Source: an uncultured Bacilli bacterium | GTDB lineage: Bacteria > Bacillota_I > Bacilli_A > RF39 > UBA660 | Reading direction: 5' to 3' | DNA length: 64,000 bases | NCBI GenBank assembly: GCA_934149245.1 | Contig: CAKPER010000003.1 | Coordinates: forward strand, 2,269-66,268 | In this document: positions 9,853 to 18,637 of the stretch, piece after piece | Layout of the letters: every line of letters starts with the position of its first letter | Numbering within the stretch: the stretch's first letter is position 1 | Program-made: the position numbers and the translations under genes | Notes under the pieces: model-generated | What the model saw: only the letters and a program-made list of their open reading frames with translations | What the model was told of the DNA's origin: nothing | Databases searched by the model: none

Positions 9853-9958
9853 AAAATATAGTAGTGATGGCTATTTTAAGTCAGGTTTACAGCAAGGTGT
9901 TGTTTCTAGCTCGTTAACAGCAACGCTTTCTGGTACAATAAACGATGAAAAAAAATAA
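9212..9958 (+). CDS. T7SS substrate-like double-hairpin helical protein, paralog C
   Basis: GAGGAGG RBS, 248 aa. The N-terminal ~200 aa are nearly identical to paralog B. The C-terminal tail is different and Ser/Gly/Thr-rich (GLQQGVVSSSLTATLSGTINDEKK). Confidence 0.65.
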   Translation: MGTNIIVNREKCNQTIMYIQRQYDQIMHMAQKNQIRGIDALCVAWQSENSEAAVEELVVNLNATFRTITKRYRRLINKLNNFAEAIFKSGGGHWKRIEFQASKEYQFSAKKAKNGQFKYDEVAVTEAIGRIKQLSRSIEKNQRETVAKFARNNEVFGKSDNPQVIQNFKKAMQACSNEVKQDVNRCIKKFGITEEQQKAMINKIESQYGNESLAKYSSDGYFKSGLQQGVVSSSLTATLSGTINDEKK

Positions 9959-9986
9959 AAATTTAATTATATGAATAAAAATTAAG

Positions 9987-10025
9987 ATAATCACCCATTA
10001 TGTTATTGAAAGGGTGATTATTTTT
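9987..10025 (+). terminator. rho-independent terminator closing T7SS locus 1
   Basis: 10-bp stem ATAATCACCC / GGGTGATTAT with a 15-nt loop and a T-run. The T-run abuts the spoIIR ATG. Confidence 0.6.
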
Positions 10026-10553
10026 ATGAAGAAAACTATATTTATCATTTTAATAATAATTATTTCAATATTTGTTTATGTTACAGTTAATGCAGAGGTT
10101 ATAATTCCTAATGACGCTATTAGGGTTAGGGTTGTTCCTAATAGTAATAGTACTGTTGATCAGAATATGAAAGAAAAGGTAAAAGATTATGTAAGCCAGT
10201 ATTTGAGTTTAAAATTAAATGGAGTTACAGATGTAGATGAAGCTAGAAAAATTATCAATGATAATATTGACATTATGAATAAAGATATAGAAAAAATATT
10301 TAAAGATAATAATTATAAAATGAATTTTAAAATAAATTTTGGAGATAATCATTTTCCTGATAAGAATTATAAGGGGGTTATATATAAAGAAGGTGATTAT
10401 GAATCTTTAGTTGTTTATATAGGAGAAGCTAGTGGGGATAATTGGTGGTGTGTTTTATTTCCTCCATTATGTTTATTAGAGGCTGATTCTTCTGATACAG
10501 GAGAGGTAGAATATAGAAGTTTGATAAGTGATGTTATAGATAAAATATTTTAG
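10026..10553 (+). CDS. spoIIR: stage II sporulation protein R
   Basis: Signal/anchor helix, IRVRVVPNSNSTVDQ and the hallmark NWWCVLFPPLCL. The start was moved to the ATG at 10026 because the upstream GTG lies inside the terminator stem. Confidence 0.85.
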   Translation: MKKTIFIILIIIISIFVYVTVNAEVIIPNDAIRVRVVPNSNSTVDQNMKEKVKDYVSQYLSLKLNGVTDVDEARKIINDNIDIMNKDIEKIFKDNNYKMNFKINFGDNHFPDKNYKGVIYKEGDYESLVVYIGEASGDNWWCVLFPPLCLLEADSSDTGEVEYRSLISDVIDKIF

Positions 10554-10600
10554 TTATTTAGTGCATTAATTCATAATATTATTATATAGGTGATAATATT

Positions 10601-11137
10601 ATGAATTCTTTTTTTATGACACTTGCTGTTGGAATAAGTTTATCGATGGATGCTTTCTCGTTGTCAATTATTTATGGGATGCAGGGAATTAGTAAAAAAA
10701 ATGAAATTATTTTATCTATAGTGGTTGGAATGTTTCACTTTTTTATGCCTTTAATTGGACTTTTATTTGGTAATTTTATATATAATTATTTTATTTTTAA
10801 TTTTAATATTGTTATTGCTGTTATTTTTGGAATAATAGGGTTATCTATGTTGTTATCTATAAAGGAAGATAAGATTGTTGATGTTTCGTTAGGAATAGTT
10901 GGAATATTTTTGTTTGGACTTTCTGTTAGTATTGATAGTTTAATTACTGGTATTGGGTTTAGAGGTATTAATAATAATTATATTTCAGTATCTAGTATTT
11001 TTATGATATGTAGTGGTTTATTTACCTTTATAGGACTTAGGTTTGGTAATAAACTTAGTCAAAGATTTGGTAAATTATCTACTTTTTGTGGTGGAGGGAT
11101 GCTAGTTGTATTAGCTATCTATTATATTTTCAAATAA
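10601..11137 (+). CDS. DUF204 membrane protein (MntP manganese exporter / sporulation YtaF family)
   Basis: 178 aa with about 6 TM segments. It has the SMDAFSLSI motif at the N-terminus and a second DUF204-like half (SVSIDSLITGIG). Confidence 0.7.
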   Translation: MNSFFMTLAVGISLSMDAFSLSIIYGMQGISKKNEIILSIVVGMFHFFMPLIGLLFGNFIYNYFIFNFNIVIAVIFGIIGLSMLLSIKEDKIVDVSLGIVGIFLFGLSVSIDSLITGIGFRGINNNYISVSSIFMICSGLFTFIGLRFGNKLSQRFGKLSTFCGGGMLVVLAIYYIFK

Positions 11138-11193
11138 TTATAGACTTTAGTTGGTATCTTTGCTATACTTATTATAGTAGGATGGTGTTAGAG

Positions 11194-14100
11194 ATGAGAT
11201 TACTTATTTGTGATTCTTTTAGAATTAGTACTTTTGTTTTACCAACTAAAGTAGAAGATTATTTTACTATTAATTATTATTATTCTAGTGGCAGTTTTTC
11301 TACTATTGAAACTTTAAATTTGGAAGCTAAAAATGGTGTTTGGAATTTGTTAACTAATGAATCATTAATCATTAAACTTGGAGATGTTTTTCTTAAAGAA
11401 GTTGTATTGAAGGAATATTCTATTTATAAAATTAATTTTTCTGATATAAAAGAAAATATTTATATTTATGTTTTAGGGGATAGTGTTAATTATTACAATT
11501 ATTCTACTTTGGAATCTCAAAAAATTGTTATTGGTAATTCTGCTAATGCGACTATTTGTTGTGCAGATAAGGTTTCCCTTGAGGAACAATTAGTAATTTA
11601 TAGAGATGGAAATAGTAATTTTAATGTTGTAAATAATGATAATCCTAATTTATACGTTTATTTAAATGGTTATACATTTAAGGAAAAAAAGTTAGAAATT
11701 GGAGATGTTATTTTTTTAAATGGTTTAAAAATTATATGGATGGGTAATTTTATAAAAGTTAATCAAATAGGGACTCAGGCTCGTTTTGTGAAATTAACTA
11801 CTTTTAATGATTCTGTAAATAATGAATATACAAAGGTTTCTGATTTAGAAAGAAATGTAAAATTATTTAAGGAGAATGACATCTTTTTTCATACGCCTAT
11901 ATTAAGAAGTGATATAAAGGAATATACAGTTAATATTGAATTACCTCCACCACCTTATAATGAACAGGGAATGCCGATGATTTTAACTATAGGTTCTTCT
12001 GTTATGTTTGGACTTGTTTCTTGTGTAACTGGTATATCAGCTGTACAAGGGCTTATCCAAGGTAATATGGATAAAACAAGTGCTATTATTGAGCTTGTTA
12101 TATGTTTTTTAATGATTGTTTCTTCAATAATTTTTCCTATAATTACTGATGTTTGGGAACGAAATAGACAGAAGAAGATGGAAAAGTTACGTCAAGAGCG
12201 TTATAAAAGCTATTTGGATAAAAATATAGAAATGATTAAGGGTTATGTTATTGAACAGGAAAAGATTTTAAAAGAAAATAATTTGGATATGAATACTATT
12301 GCTAATGATATAAAAAATCATTCTAAGAGATTGTGGAGTAGGAATTTATTTGATAATGACTTTTTATCTATTACGTTTGGCGTTGGAGAATTTCCAGCTG
12401 CTATTTCAGTAAAAGTTCCTACTGAAGGGTTTTCAATGACTGATGATAATTTAAAGGAATTAGCATTTAGTAAGTTTGCTAAAAAACCAATGCTTAGCAA
12501 TGTGCCAGTTAATTTATCTGTTATAGATAATAGAATTTTACCAATTTTAATGAATACTAAGCTGAAAGATGATTTTATAAAATCTATTATGTTACAAATT
12601 CTTTATTATCACAGTGGAAAGGATTTAAAAATAGTTATTTTGACTAACAAAAACAATGAGGAGAGATGGGATTATTTGAAATATATGCCCCATTGTTGGG
12701 ATGATAAATTTACAAAAAGATTTTTTGCTGTTTCTGAATCTGAGATGACTGATGTGTCAATATTTTTAGAATCTGTATATGAGAAAAGAGAAAGCAGTTC
12801 CAATAGCAAAGCTGATAATGGTGCTGATAAGGGATATCTCGATTTTCCTGAATATTATTTGATAGTTACTGATGATTTTAAAACTGCTAAAGATACATCT
12901 ATTGTTAAAAAACTTATGGATAGTGATAACAATTTGGGATTTTCTTTGTTAATTTTTGCAAATTCTATTAATAATATGCCTAGTAAATTTAATAATTTTA
13001 TTGATATAAATGATGAAGAATGTTGTGTTTATGGCAGAAAGTTAGAAAAAAGTGAACAAGTAAAATTTAAGATGAATTGTTTGAGTAATATTAATATGAG
13101 TGATTATATTGATGTTTTGGCTAATATTCCTTTGTATAGTAAGGATATTAGTGTTGCTATTCCTAATAATTTGACATTTTTAAATATGTATAATGTAGGA
13201 AAAATTGATCAGTTAAACGTTCTTTCTCGTTGGAAGAATAATGATCCTACTTTTAGTCTTAAAGCACCTATAGGTGAAAAGGAAAAAAATAAAATTATTG
13301 AATTAGATTTGCATGAAAAATATCATGGCCCTCATGGATTAATAGCGGGTTCAACTGGTAGTGGTAAGAGTGAATTTATTATTACTTATATTTTATCGAT
13401 GGCTGTTAATTATCATCCATATGAGGTGCAGTTTATTTTAATTGATTATAAGGGTGGAGGATTAGCATTGGCTTTTGAAAATAGAGAAACTGGGGTTAAA
13501 ATTCCACATCTTGTTGGTACTATAACTAATTTGGATACTAGTGAAATGAATAGAACTTTAGTGTCTTTAAAAAGTGAACTTAAGAGACGTCAAAGAATTT
13601 TTAATGAAACTAGAAATAAACTAGGAGAGAGTACAGTAGATATTTATAAATATCAAAGATTTTACCGAGAAGGTAAAGTTGATGAACCTATGTCTCATTT
13701 GTTTGTTATCTCTGATGAGTTTGCTGAGTTAAAAGATCAACAACCTGATTTTATGGATGAACTTATATCTACTGCTCGTATTGGTAGAAGTTTGGGAGTG
13801 CATTTAATATTAGCAACTCAAAAGCCTAGTGGTGTTGTTAATGACCAGATATGGTCTAATACTAGATTTAGAGTATGTTTAAGGGTTCAAAGTGATGAAG
13901 ATAGTGTTGAAATGTTGAAAAGAAATGATGCTGCAACTCTAAAGAATACAGGAAGATTTTATTTACAAGTTGGTAGCGATGAAATTTTTGAGTTAGGTCA
14001 GTCTGGATGGGCAGGTGCTTTGTATAATCCTTCTGATAAAATAGAAAAGAAGGTAAATGATGATTTAGATTTTGTTGATAATTGTGGTAATATTATTAAA

Positions 14101-15801
14101 TCAGTTAACGATGCTGTTAATAAAGAAATTAATAACCAAGGAGAGCAGCTTACCAATATTGTTAAGTATTTGTATGATATTGCGAATAAAGAACAAATCA
14201 ATTTTAGCTCATTGTGGTTGCCTAGTTTGCCTGATGAAATATATCTTGGCAATCTTATAAAAAAATACAATTTTAAGCCTAATTATGAAAAATTTTCGGT
14301 TATTTTAGGAGAATTTGATCAACCAGCTAGTCAGTTTCAAGGATTATATACTTTGGATTTAATATCATCTAATACTGTTATTTTTGGACTTCCTGGTTGT
14401 GGGAAAGAAAATTTAATTACTACTATTATTTTTTCTGCTTGTATAGGTTATTCACCTACAGCAATTTCGTTTTATATTATGGATTTTGGTGCTCAAGTAT
14501 TAAAATGTTTTGATTCTATGCCTCATGTTGGTGATTGCTTGTTTTCAGAACATATGGATAAAATTTCAACTTTATTTTCAAAAATAGAAAGAGAAATAAA
14601 AAAGAGAAAAACATTATTTTCAGATTATGATGGAACATTTTCTTCGTATGTTAAGGAAAGTGGAAAAAGAATTCCTTTAATGGTTATTGTATTAAATGCT
14701 TATGAATCTTTTATTGAAAATTGTGATGTTGAATATGAAAGTTATTTAGCCCATTTGTTACGTGAAGGAAGTAAATATGGAATAGTGTTTTTAGTTAGTG
14801 CAGTTGCAACTAACTCTATTAGAGGAAGTATGATGGATTGTTTTGAAAATAAAATTATGATGCAAGTTCAAGATCCGTTTGATTATGAATTTTTAATAGG
14901 AGCAGAACATGGTATGCAACCTAGAAAAGCCTTTGGAAGAGGAATTTCTTTGATACCAGCTGTATCGGAAGTTTGTGAATTTCAGACTTGTTTTATAAAT
15001 AAGAAAGATGATATAACGTCTTATGTAAAAAAAGTTGGTGTTGAATTGTATAATAAATATAAATATAAAGTTCCAGAAATAAAGAATTTACCTAAAAAAG
15101 TAACATATAAAGATATGTATAAATATTTAAATGGTATTGATGCAATACCTATAGGATACACTAGAGATGATATATTAGTTTATTATTATAATTTTATTAA
15201 ACATAGATGTAATTTTATATTAGGAAATAGTGTAACTGATAATATTACATTTTTTGGAGGAATAATAGATTTAATTGATAATTTTGCAAAAATAAATTTT
15301 ACTATAATAGATTTTATTAATTGTATAGATTTTGAAGGAAATGCTATGATGTATCAGAGTAATTTTAATGAAGCATTTGATGATATTGTGAATGACGCTA
15401 ATATAGGAATTGTTAATTTATATTTTATTATTGGTTTAGGTAATTATGCTAATGTTTTAAGTGAGGCAGAAATAACTAAATTTGATAATATTATGTTACA
15501 AATGGATAAATTTAATAATAGTTATTTTATATTTGTAGATGATATTTCTAGAATTTCAAATGTAGAATCTAAAGCATGGTTTTCTAATTTTGACTTTTCT
15601 TTTGGAATATGGTCTGGCAAAGGCATTGAGGAGCAGACAATATTTTCAATTGATAACTTATTGGATGATGATGTAGATAGTGATATGAATGATATTGCAT
15701 ATGTTATTGAAAGTGGTAGTTATCAGGTCTTGAAAGTAATTGGCGATGGAGAGGTTGTAGAAAATGACAATGATACGTTAGGAGGATTTTTTAATGGATG
15801 A
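11194..15801 (+). CDS. essC: T7SS FtsK/SpoIIIE-family ATPase EssC (copy 2)
   Basis: The start was set at the ATG that aligns with EssC-1 (MRLLICDSFRISTFVLPTKV). Two TM helices. D1 has HGLIAGSTGSGKSEF and HLFVISDEFAELK. D2 keeps a partial P-loop (GLPGCGKEN). D3 is degenerate. Confidence 0.93.
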   Translation: MRLLICDSFRISTFVLPTKVEDYFTINYYYSSGSFSTIETLNLEAKNGVWNLLTNESLIIKLGDVFLKEVVLKEYSIYKINFSDIKENIYIYVLGDSVNYYNYSTLESQKIVIGNSANATICCADKVSLEEQLVIYRDGNSNFNVVNNDNPNLYVYLNGYTFKEKKLEIGDVIFLNGLKIIWMGNFIKVNQIGTQARFVKLTTFNDSVNNEYTKVSDLERNVKLFKENDIFFHTPILRSDIKEYTVNIELPPPPYNEQGMPMILTIGSSVMFGLVSCVTGISAVQGLIQGNMDKTSAIIELVICFLMIVSSIIFPIITDVWERNRQKKMEKLRQERYKSYLDKNIEMIKGYVIEQEKILKENNLDMNTIANDIKNHSKRLWSRNLFDNDFLSITFGVGEFPAAISVKVPTEGFSMTDDNLKELAFSKFAKKPMLSNVPVNLSVIDNRILPILMNTKLKDDFIKSIMLQILYYHSGKDLKIVILTNKNNEERWDYLKYMPHCWDDKFTKRFFAVSESEMTDVSIFLESVYEKRESSSNSKADNGADKGYLDFPEYYLIVTDDFKTAKDTSIVKKLMDSDNNLGFSLLIFANSINNMPSKFNNFIDINDEECCVYGRKLEKSEQVKFKMNCLSNINMSDYIDVLANIPLYSKDISVAIPNNLTFLNMYNVGKIDQLNVLSRWKNNDPTFSLKAPIGEKEKNKIIELDLHEKYHGPHGLIAGSTGSGKSEFIITYILSMAVNYHPYEVQFILIDYKGGGLALAFENRETGVKIPHLVGTITNLDTSEMNRTLVSLKSELKRRQRIFNETRNKLGESTVDIYKYQRFYREGKVDEPMSHLFVISDEFAELKDQQPDFMDELISTARIGRSLGVHLILATQKPSGVVNDQIWSNTRFRVCLRVQSDEDSVEMLKRNDAATLKNTGRFYLQVGSDEIFELGQSGWAGALYNPSDKIEKKVNDDLDFVDNCGNIIKSVNDAVNKEINNQGEQLTNIVKYLYDIANKEQINFSSLWLPSLPDEIYLGNLIKKYNFKPNYEKFSVILGEFDQPASQFQGLYTLDLISSNTVIFGLPGCGKENLITTIIFSACIGYSPTAISFYIMDFGAQVLKCFDSMPHVGDCLFSEHMDKISTLFSKIEREIKKRKTLFSDYDGTFSSYVKESGKRIPLMVIVLNAYESFIENCDVEYESYLAHLLREGSKYGIVFLVSAVATNSIRGSMMDCFENKIMMQVQDPFDYEFLIGAEHGMQPRKAFGRGISLIPAVSEVCEFQTCFINKKDDITSYVKKVGVELYNKYKYKVPEIKNLPKKVTYKDMYKYLNGIDAIPIGYTRDDILVYYYNFIKHRCNFILGNSVTDNITFFGGIIDLIDNFAKINFTIIDFINCIDFEGNAMMYQSNFNEAFDDIVNDANIGIVNLYFIIGLGNYANVLSEAEITKFDNIMLQMDKFNNSYFIFVDDISRISNVESKAWFSNFDFSFGIWSGKGIEEQTIFSIDNLLDDDVDSDMNDIAYVIESGSYQVLKVIGDGEVVENDNDTLGGFFNG

Positions 15802-16051
15802 TAAAGTTTTAGTTAAATTAATTGTTCCTGAAATAGATTCTGTTTATGATGTTTATTTACCAATTTCTAAAAAAATGGGAAATATTGTTATTTTACTTAA
15901 TAAAGCAGTTAATGAATTATCGTTTGGTAGTTTTCCGATTTCTTTAACTAATAAATTATATAATGCAAAAAATAATAAAAAATATGAAGCAAATATTTTA
16001 TTGTATAATACTGATATAAGAAATGGAACACGACTTATTTTGGTCTCTTGA
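15794..16051 (+). CDS. esaB: YukD/EsaB-like ubiquitin-fold T7SS protein (copy 2)
   Basis: 85 aa. The ATG overlaps the essC-2 stop by 8 nt. VLVKLIVPEIDSVYDVYLPISKKMGNIV parallels copy 1 and EsaB/YukD. Confidence 0.7.
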   Translation: MDDKVLVKLIVPEIDSVYDVYLPISKKMGNIVILLNKAVNELSFGSFPISLTNKLYNAKNNKKYEANILLYNTDIRNGTRLILVS

Positions 16052-16206
16052 TTAGTTAATTAATTTTCAATGTAATTATCTATAATTGGTTGATGTCAAA
16101 TTTTAGTAAAGAATAATTGTAACTATTTACTTTAGTGTATTTTTATGTTATATATGATTATAGTACAGTAGTTTTGTACAAATACGTTAAGATAGGAGGA
16201 ATTGTT

Positions 16207-16548
16207 ATGGGAAATTTAACGATGTCTAATGCTGATTATGCTAGAAATGCATCAGGTGCTAGGAAATTAGAAGTAGAGTTAAAAAGTGATATTAATAAAG
16301 CACATAAGGCTCTTTCTAAAAGTGATAAAGCTTATACTGAATTGGTAAATACTATAAGGACTTATTGGCGTGGTTCTGATGCTAATCAGTTTTTGAAGTT
16401 GCTTGACGATCAGAGAGCTAGTATTCAAGGAAAAATAAAAAAATTTGATACTATTGTATCTAATGCATTGTCTGCTGATCGTCAAAGTTTTGAAAAAACT
16501 CAGTCTGCAAATGCTAATAGAATACAAAGTAATATAAAGAAAATTTAA
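16207..16548 (+). CDS. WXG100-family protein (EsxA-like)
   Basis: The start was moved to the ATG 6 nt after TAGGAGGA. The 113-aa product is a helical hairpin with a true W-x-G (RTYWRGSDANQF) at residues 54-56. Confidence 0.75.
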   Translation: MGNLTMSNADYARNASGARKLEVELKSDINKAHKALSKSDKAYTELVNTIRTYWRGSDANQFLKLLDDQRASIQGKIKKFDTIVSNALSADRQSFEKTQSANANRIQSNIKKI

Positions 16549-16570
16549 ATTTTGGAAAGGAAGTGAAAAT

Positions 16571-16918
16571 GTGGCAACTAAAAAGAAAGCTAAAGCAGGT
16601 TCTAGTGATACAACAATAGGTATTGATATTAATGGTATTGCTAAGATGCAAAGTGCAATAACTAATTATGAAAAGACTATGAAAAGAGATGTAAAAATTG
16701 GTGCTACTGCAAACCAAATTAATCAAGCTATAAAAGGTAAGGATACTCAAAATTCTTTGAGACAATTAACAAGTCAAATTCAAGTTAAAATAAGGTCATA
16801 TTTAGGAGCGTTGGATCAATTTAATACACAATTAGGACAATTGAAATCTCAATATTCTACGGCTGATAAAAATAATGGTGTATTTTCTACTGCAACTAAA
16901 GAGGTAAAAAACAAGTAA
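16571..16918 (+). CDS. small helical Esx partner protein (EsxB-like, no WXG)
   Basis: GTG start after GGAAAGGAAG. The 115-aa helical product lies 22 nt downstream of the WXG gene. Its C-terminal region has YSTAD (a YxxxD/E-type motif). Confidence 0.5.
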   Translation: MATKKKAKAGSSDTTIGIDINGIAKMQSAITNYEKTMKRDVKIGATANQINQAIKGKDTQNSLRQLTSQIQVKIRSYLGALDQFNTQLGQLKSQYSTADKNNGVFSTATKEVKNK

Positions 16919-16994
16919 GTTAGTTATGAGTTAAGTATAAAAGCGTGAATTAAGTATAAAAGTATTGACTTTAGTTATAATTTATTTTAATATA

Positions 16995-17023
16995 AAATCA
17001 GTTGTTTAGTGACTGGTTTTTTT
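16995..17023 (+). terminator. rho-independent terminator closing T7SS locus 2
   Basis: Stem AAATCAGT / ACTGGTTT (one G:U pair), 9-nt loop, T7 run. Confidence 0.55.
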
Positions 17024-17055
17024 AATTTAAATATAATATGGTAGGAGGAAGTAGT

Positions 17056-18312
17056 ATGCCTAAAATAAAAATAAATGGAAATATGAGACTTAGTGGAGAA
17101 ATTATTGTTGGAGGTGCTAAGAATAGTGCTGTTGCGTTAATACCGGCTTCTATTTTGTGTGATGAAAAAGTAGAGATTAGTAATGTTCCTAATATAAGTG
17201 ATATTGATGCTTTAGAGGAAATATTGTCTTTTTTAGGAGTTAAATTAGAACGTGGGGAACATAGTGTTGTTATAAATGATACTAATATGCAAAATAGAGA
17301 TATTCCTTGTTCTATGTCTAGTAAGTTGCGAGCTTCTTATTATTTTATGGGAGCACTTTTAGGTAAATATAAAAGAGTTGATATGTGTTTTCCTGGGGGG
17401 TGTTCTATAGGTGAGAGACCTATAAATTTGCATTTGAAGGGTTTTGAGAAGCTTGGAGCTTCTATTAGAGAAGATGATGGAAGATTTATAATTGAGGCTT
17501 CTGAGCTTGTTGGAGATGAGATATTTTTAGATTTTCCTAGTGTTGGTGCTACTATTAATGTAGTGCTTGCTGCTGTTAAGGCTAAAGGTGTAACTGTTAT
17601 TAATAATGCTGCTAAAGAACCACATGTTATAGATGTTTGTAATTTTTTGAATAGTATGGGTGCAAAAATTAGCGGAGCAGGAACAGGTAGAATTGAAATA
17701 GTTGGGGTTGACTATTTACATGCTACTAAATATAGTGTTGTTCCAGATATGATAGAGGCAGGAACTTATGTTATAATTGCTTCTTTATTAGGAAAAAATT
17801 TAAAGGTTAGTAATATTAATCCTTTGCATATTGAGAGTTTGACAAGTAAGTTGGAGGAAGCAGGGGTTAATTTAGAGATTGGTAGTGATTATATATTTGT
17901 TGCTGATGTTGGAAGTTATACAGGAGTTGATATAAAAACTATGGTTTATCCAGGCTTTCCTACTGATTTACAACAACCTATGACGCCTTTTTTAGTAAGT
18001 TGTAATGGTATTAGTCATATTGAGGAAACAATATATGAGAATAGATTTCAAAATGTTGCTGATACTATTAAAATGGGAGCTTCTATAGATGTAAGAAATG
18101 ATAATAAATTGGCTACTATATATGGAAAGAGTTCTTTAGTTGGTAAAAATGTTAGAGCTACTGATTTGAGAGGCGGAGCTTCTATGGTTATTTGTGGCTT
18201 AATAGCAGATGGGATTACAGTTGTTGATAATATTCATTATATTCTTAGAGGATATGATGATATGATTGGAAAACTTAGTAATGTTGGGGCAGATATTCAA
18301 GTTATTGATTAA
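17056..18312 (+). CDS. murA: UDP-N-acetylglucosamine 1-carboxyvinyltransferase
   Basis: TAGGAGGA RBS. Motifs: GGAKNSAVALIPA, active-site PGGCSIGERPINLH, GFPTDLQQP. Confidence 0.93.
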   Translation: MPKIKINGNMRLSGEIIVGGAKNSAVALIPASILCDEKVEISNVPNISDIDALEEILSFLGVKLERGEHSVVINDTNMQNRDIPCSMSSKLRASYYFMGALLGKYKRVDMCFPGGCSIGERPINLHLKGFEKLGASIREDDGRFIIEASELVGDEIFLDFPSVGATINVVLAAVKAKGVTVINNAAKEPHVIDVCNFLNSMGAKISGAGTGRIEIVGVDYLHATKYSVVPDMIEAGTYVIIASLLGKNLKVSNINPLHIESLTSKLEEAGVNLEIGSDYIFVADVGSYTGVDIKTMVYPGFPTDLQQPMTPFLVSCNGISHIEETIYENRFQNVADTIKMGASIDVRNDNKLATIYGKSSLVGKNVRATDLRGGASMVICGLIADGITVVDNIHYILRGYDDMIGKLSNVGADIQVID

Positions 18313-18411
18313 AATTTAATAAAGTTATTGAAAAATTAGAAGAAAATTGTTATAATAGTCTTCGTAATTTATTATCTATGACTTTTAAGTCATGGCGAAG
18401 GAGGAGAAAAA

Positions 18412-18624
18412 ATGAAAAAAGGTATTCATCCTAATTATGTAGAAGCTACTGTTACTTGTGCTTGTGGAAATACATTTAAAACTATGTCAACTGTTTCTAA
18501 TATAAATGTTGAGGTATGTAATAAGTGTCATCCTTTCTATACTGGAAAACAAAATATTGGTGGAAGAAAAGGACAAGTAGAGAAGTTTAATAAAAAGTAT
18601 GGATTTGATAAGGAAGCAAAATAG
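18412..18624 (+). CDS. rpmE: 50S ribosomal protein L31 (zinc-binding type)
   Basis: MKKGIHPNY..., two Cys pairs (CACG, CNKC) and HPFYTGKQ. Confidence 0.95.
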   Translation: MKKGIHPNYVEATVTCACGNTFKTMSTVSNINVEVCNKCHPFYTGKQNIGGRKGQVEKFNKKYGFDKEAK

Positions 18625-18637
18625 TTGCTTCTTTTTG
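18613..18637 (+). terminator. rho-independent terminator of rpmE
   Basis: Stem GAAGCAA / TTGCTTC with the TAG stop codon in the loop, followed by TTTTT. Confidence 0.7.

Noticed and set aside
5422-14270. Antisense or alternate-frame ORFs of 60-90 aa inside the two essC genes: 5422..5634, 6457..6684, 12318..12500, 13998..14270 and 14072..14260.
   Set aside because: They lie entirely within strongly supported EssC reading frames, have no RBS, and have low-complexity Leu/Ile/Ser/Phe composition. This is what random open frames look like in AT-rich DNA.
16279-16765. Minus-strand ORFs 16279..16527 and 16514..16765, opposite the Esx pair.
   Set aside because: They are antisense to two well-supported small genes that have RBSs and WXG/YxxxD motifs, and they have no signals of their own.
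18320-18411. Nested hairpin (CTTCG...ATGACTTTTAAGTCAT...CGAAG) in the rpmE leader as a ribosomal-protein autoregulatory element.
   Set aside because: The structure is short and AT-rich, and it only partly overlaps the SD sequence. I know of no matching L31 leader motif that I could verify by eye.
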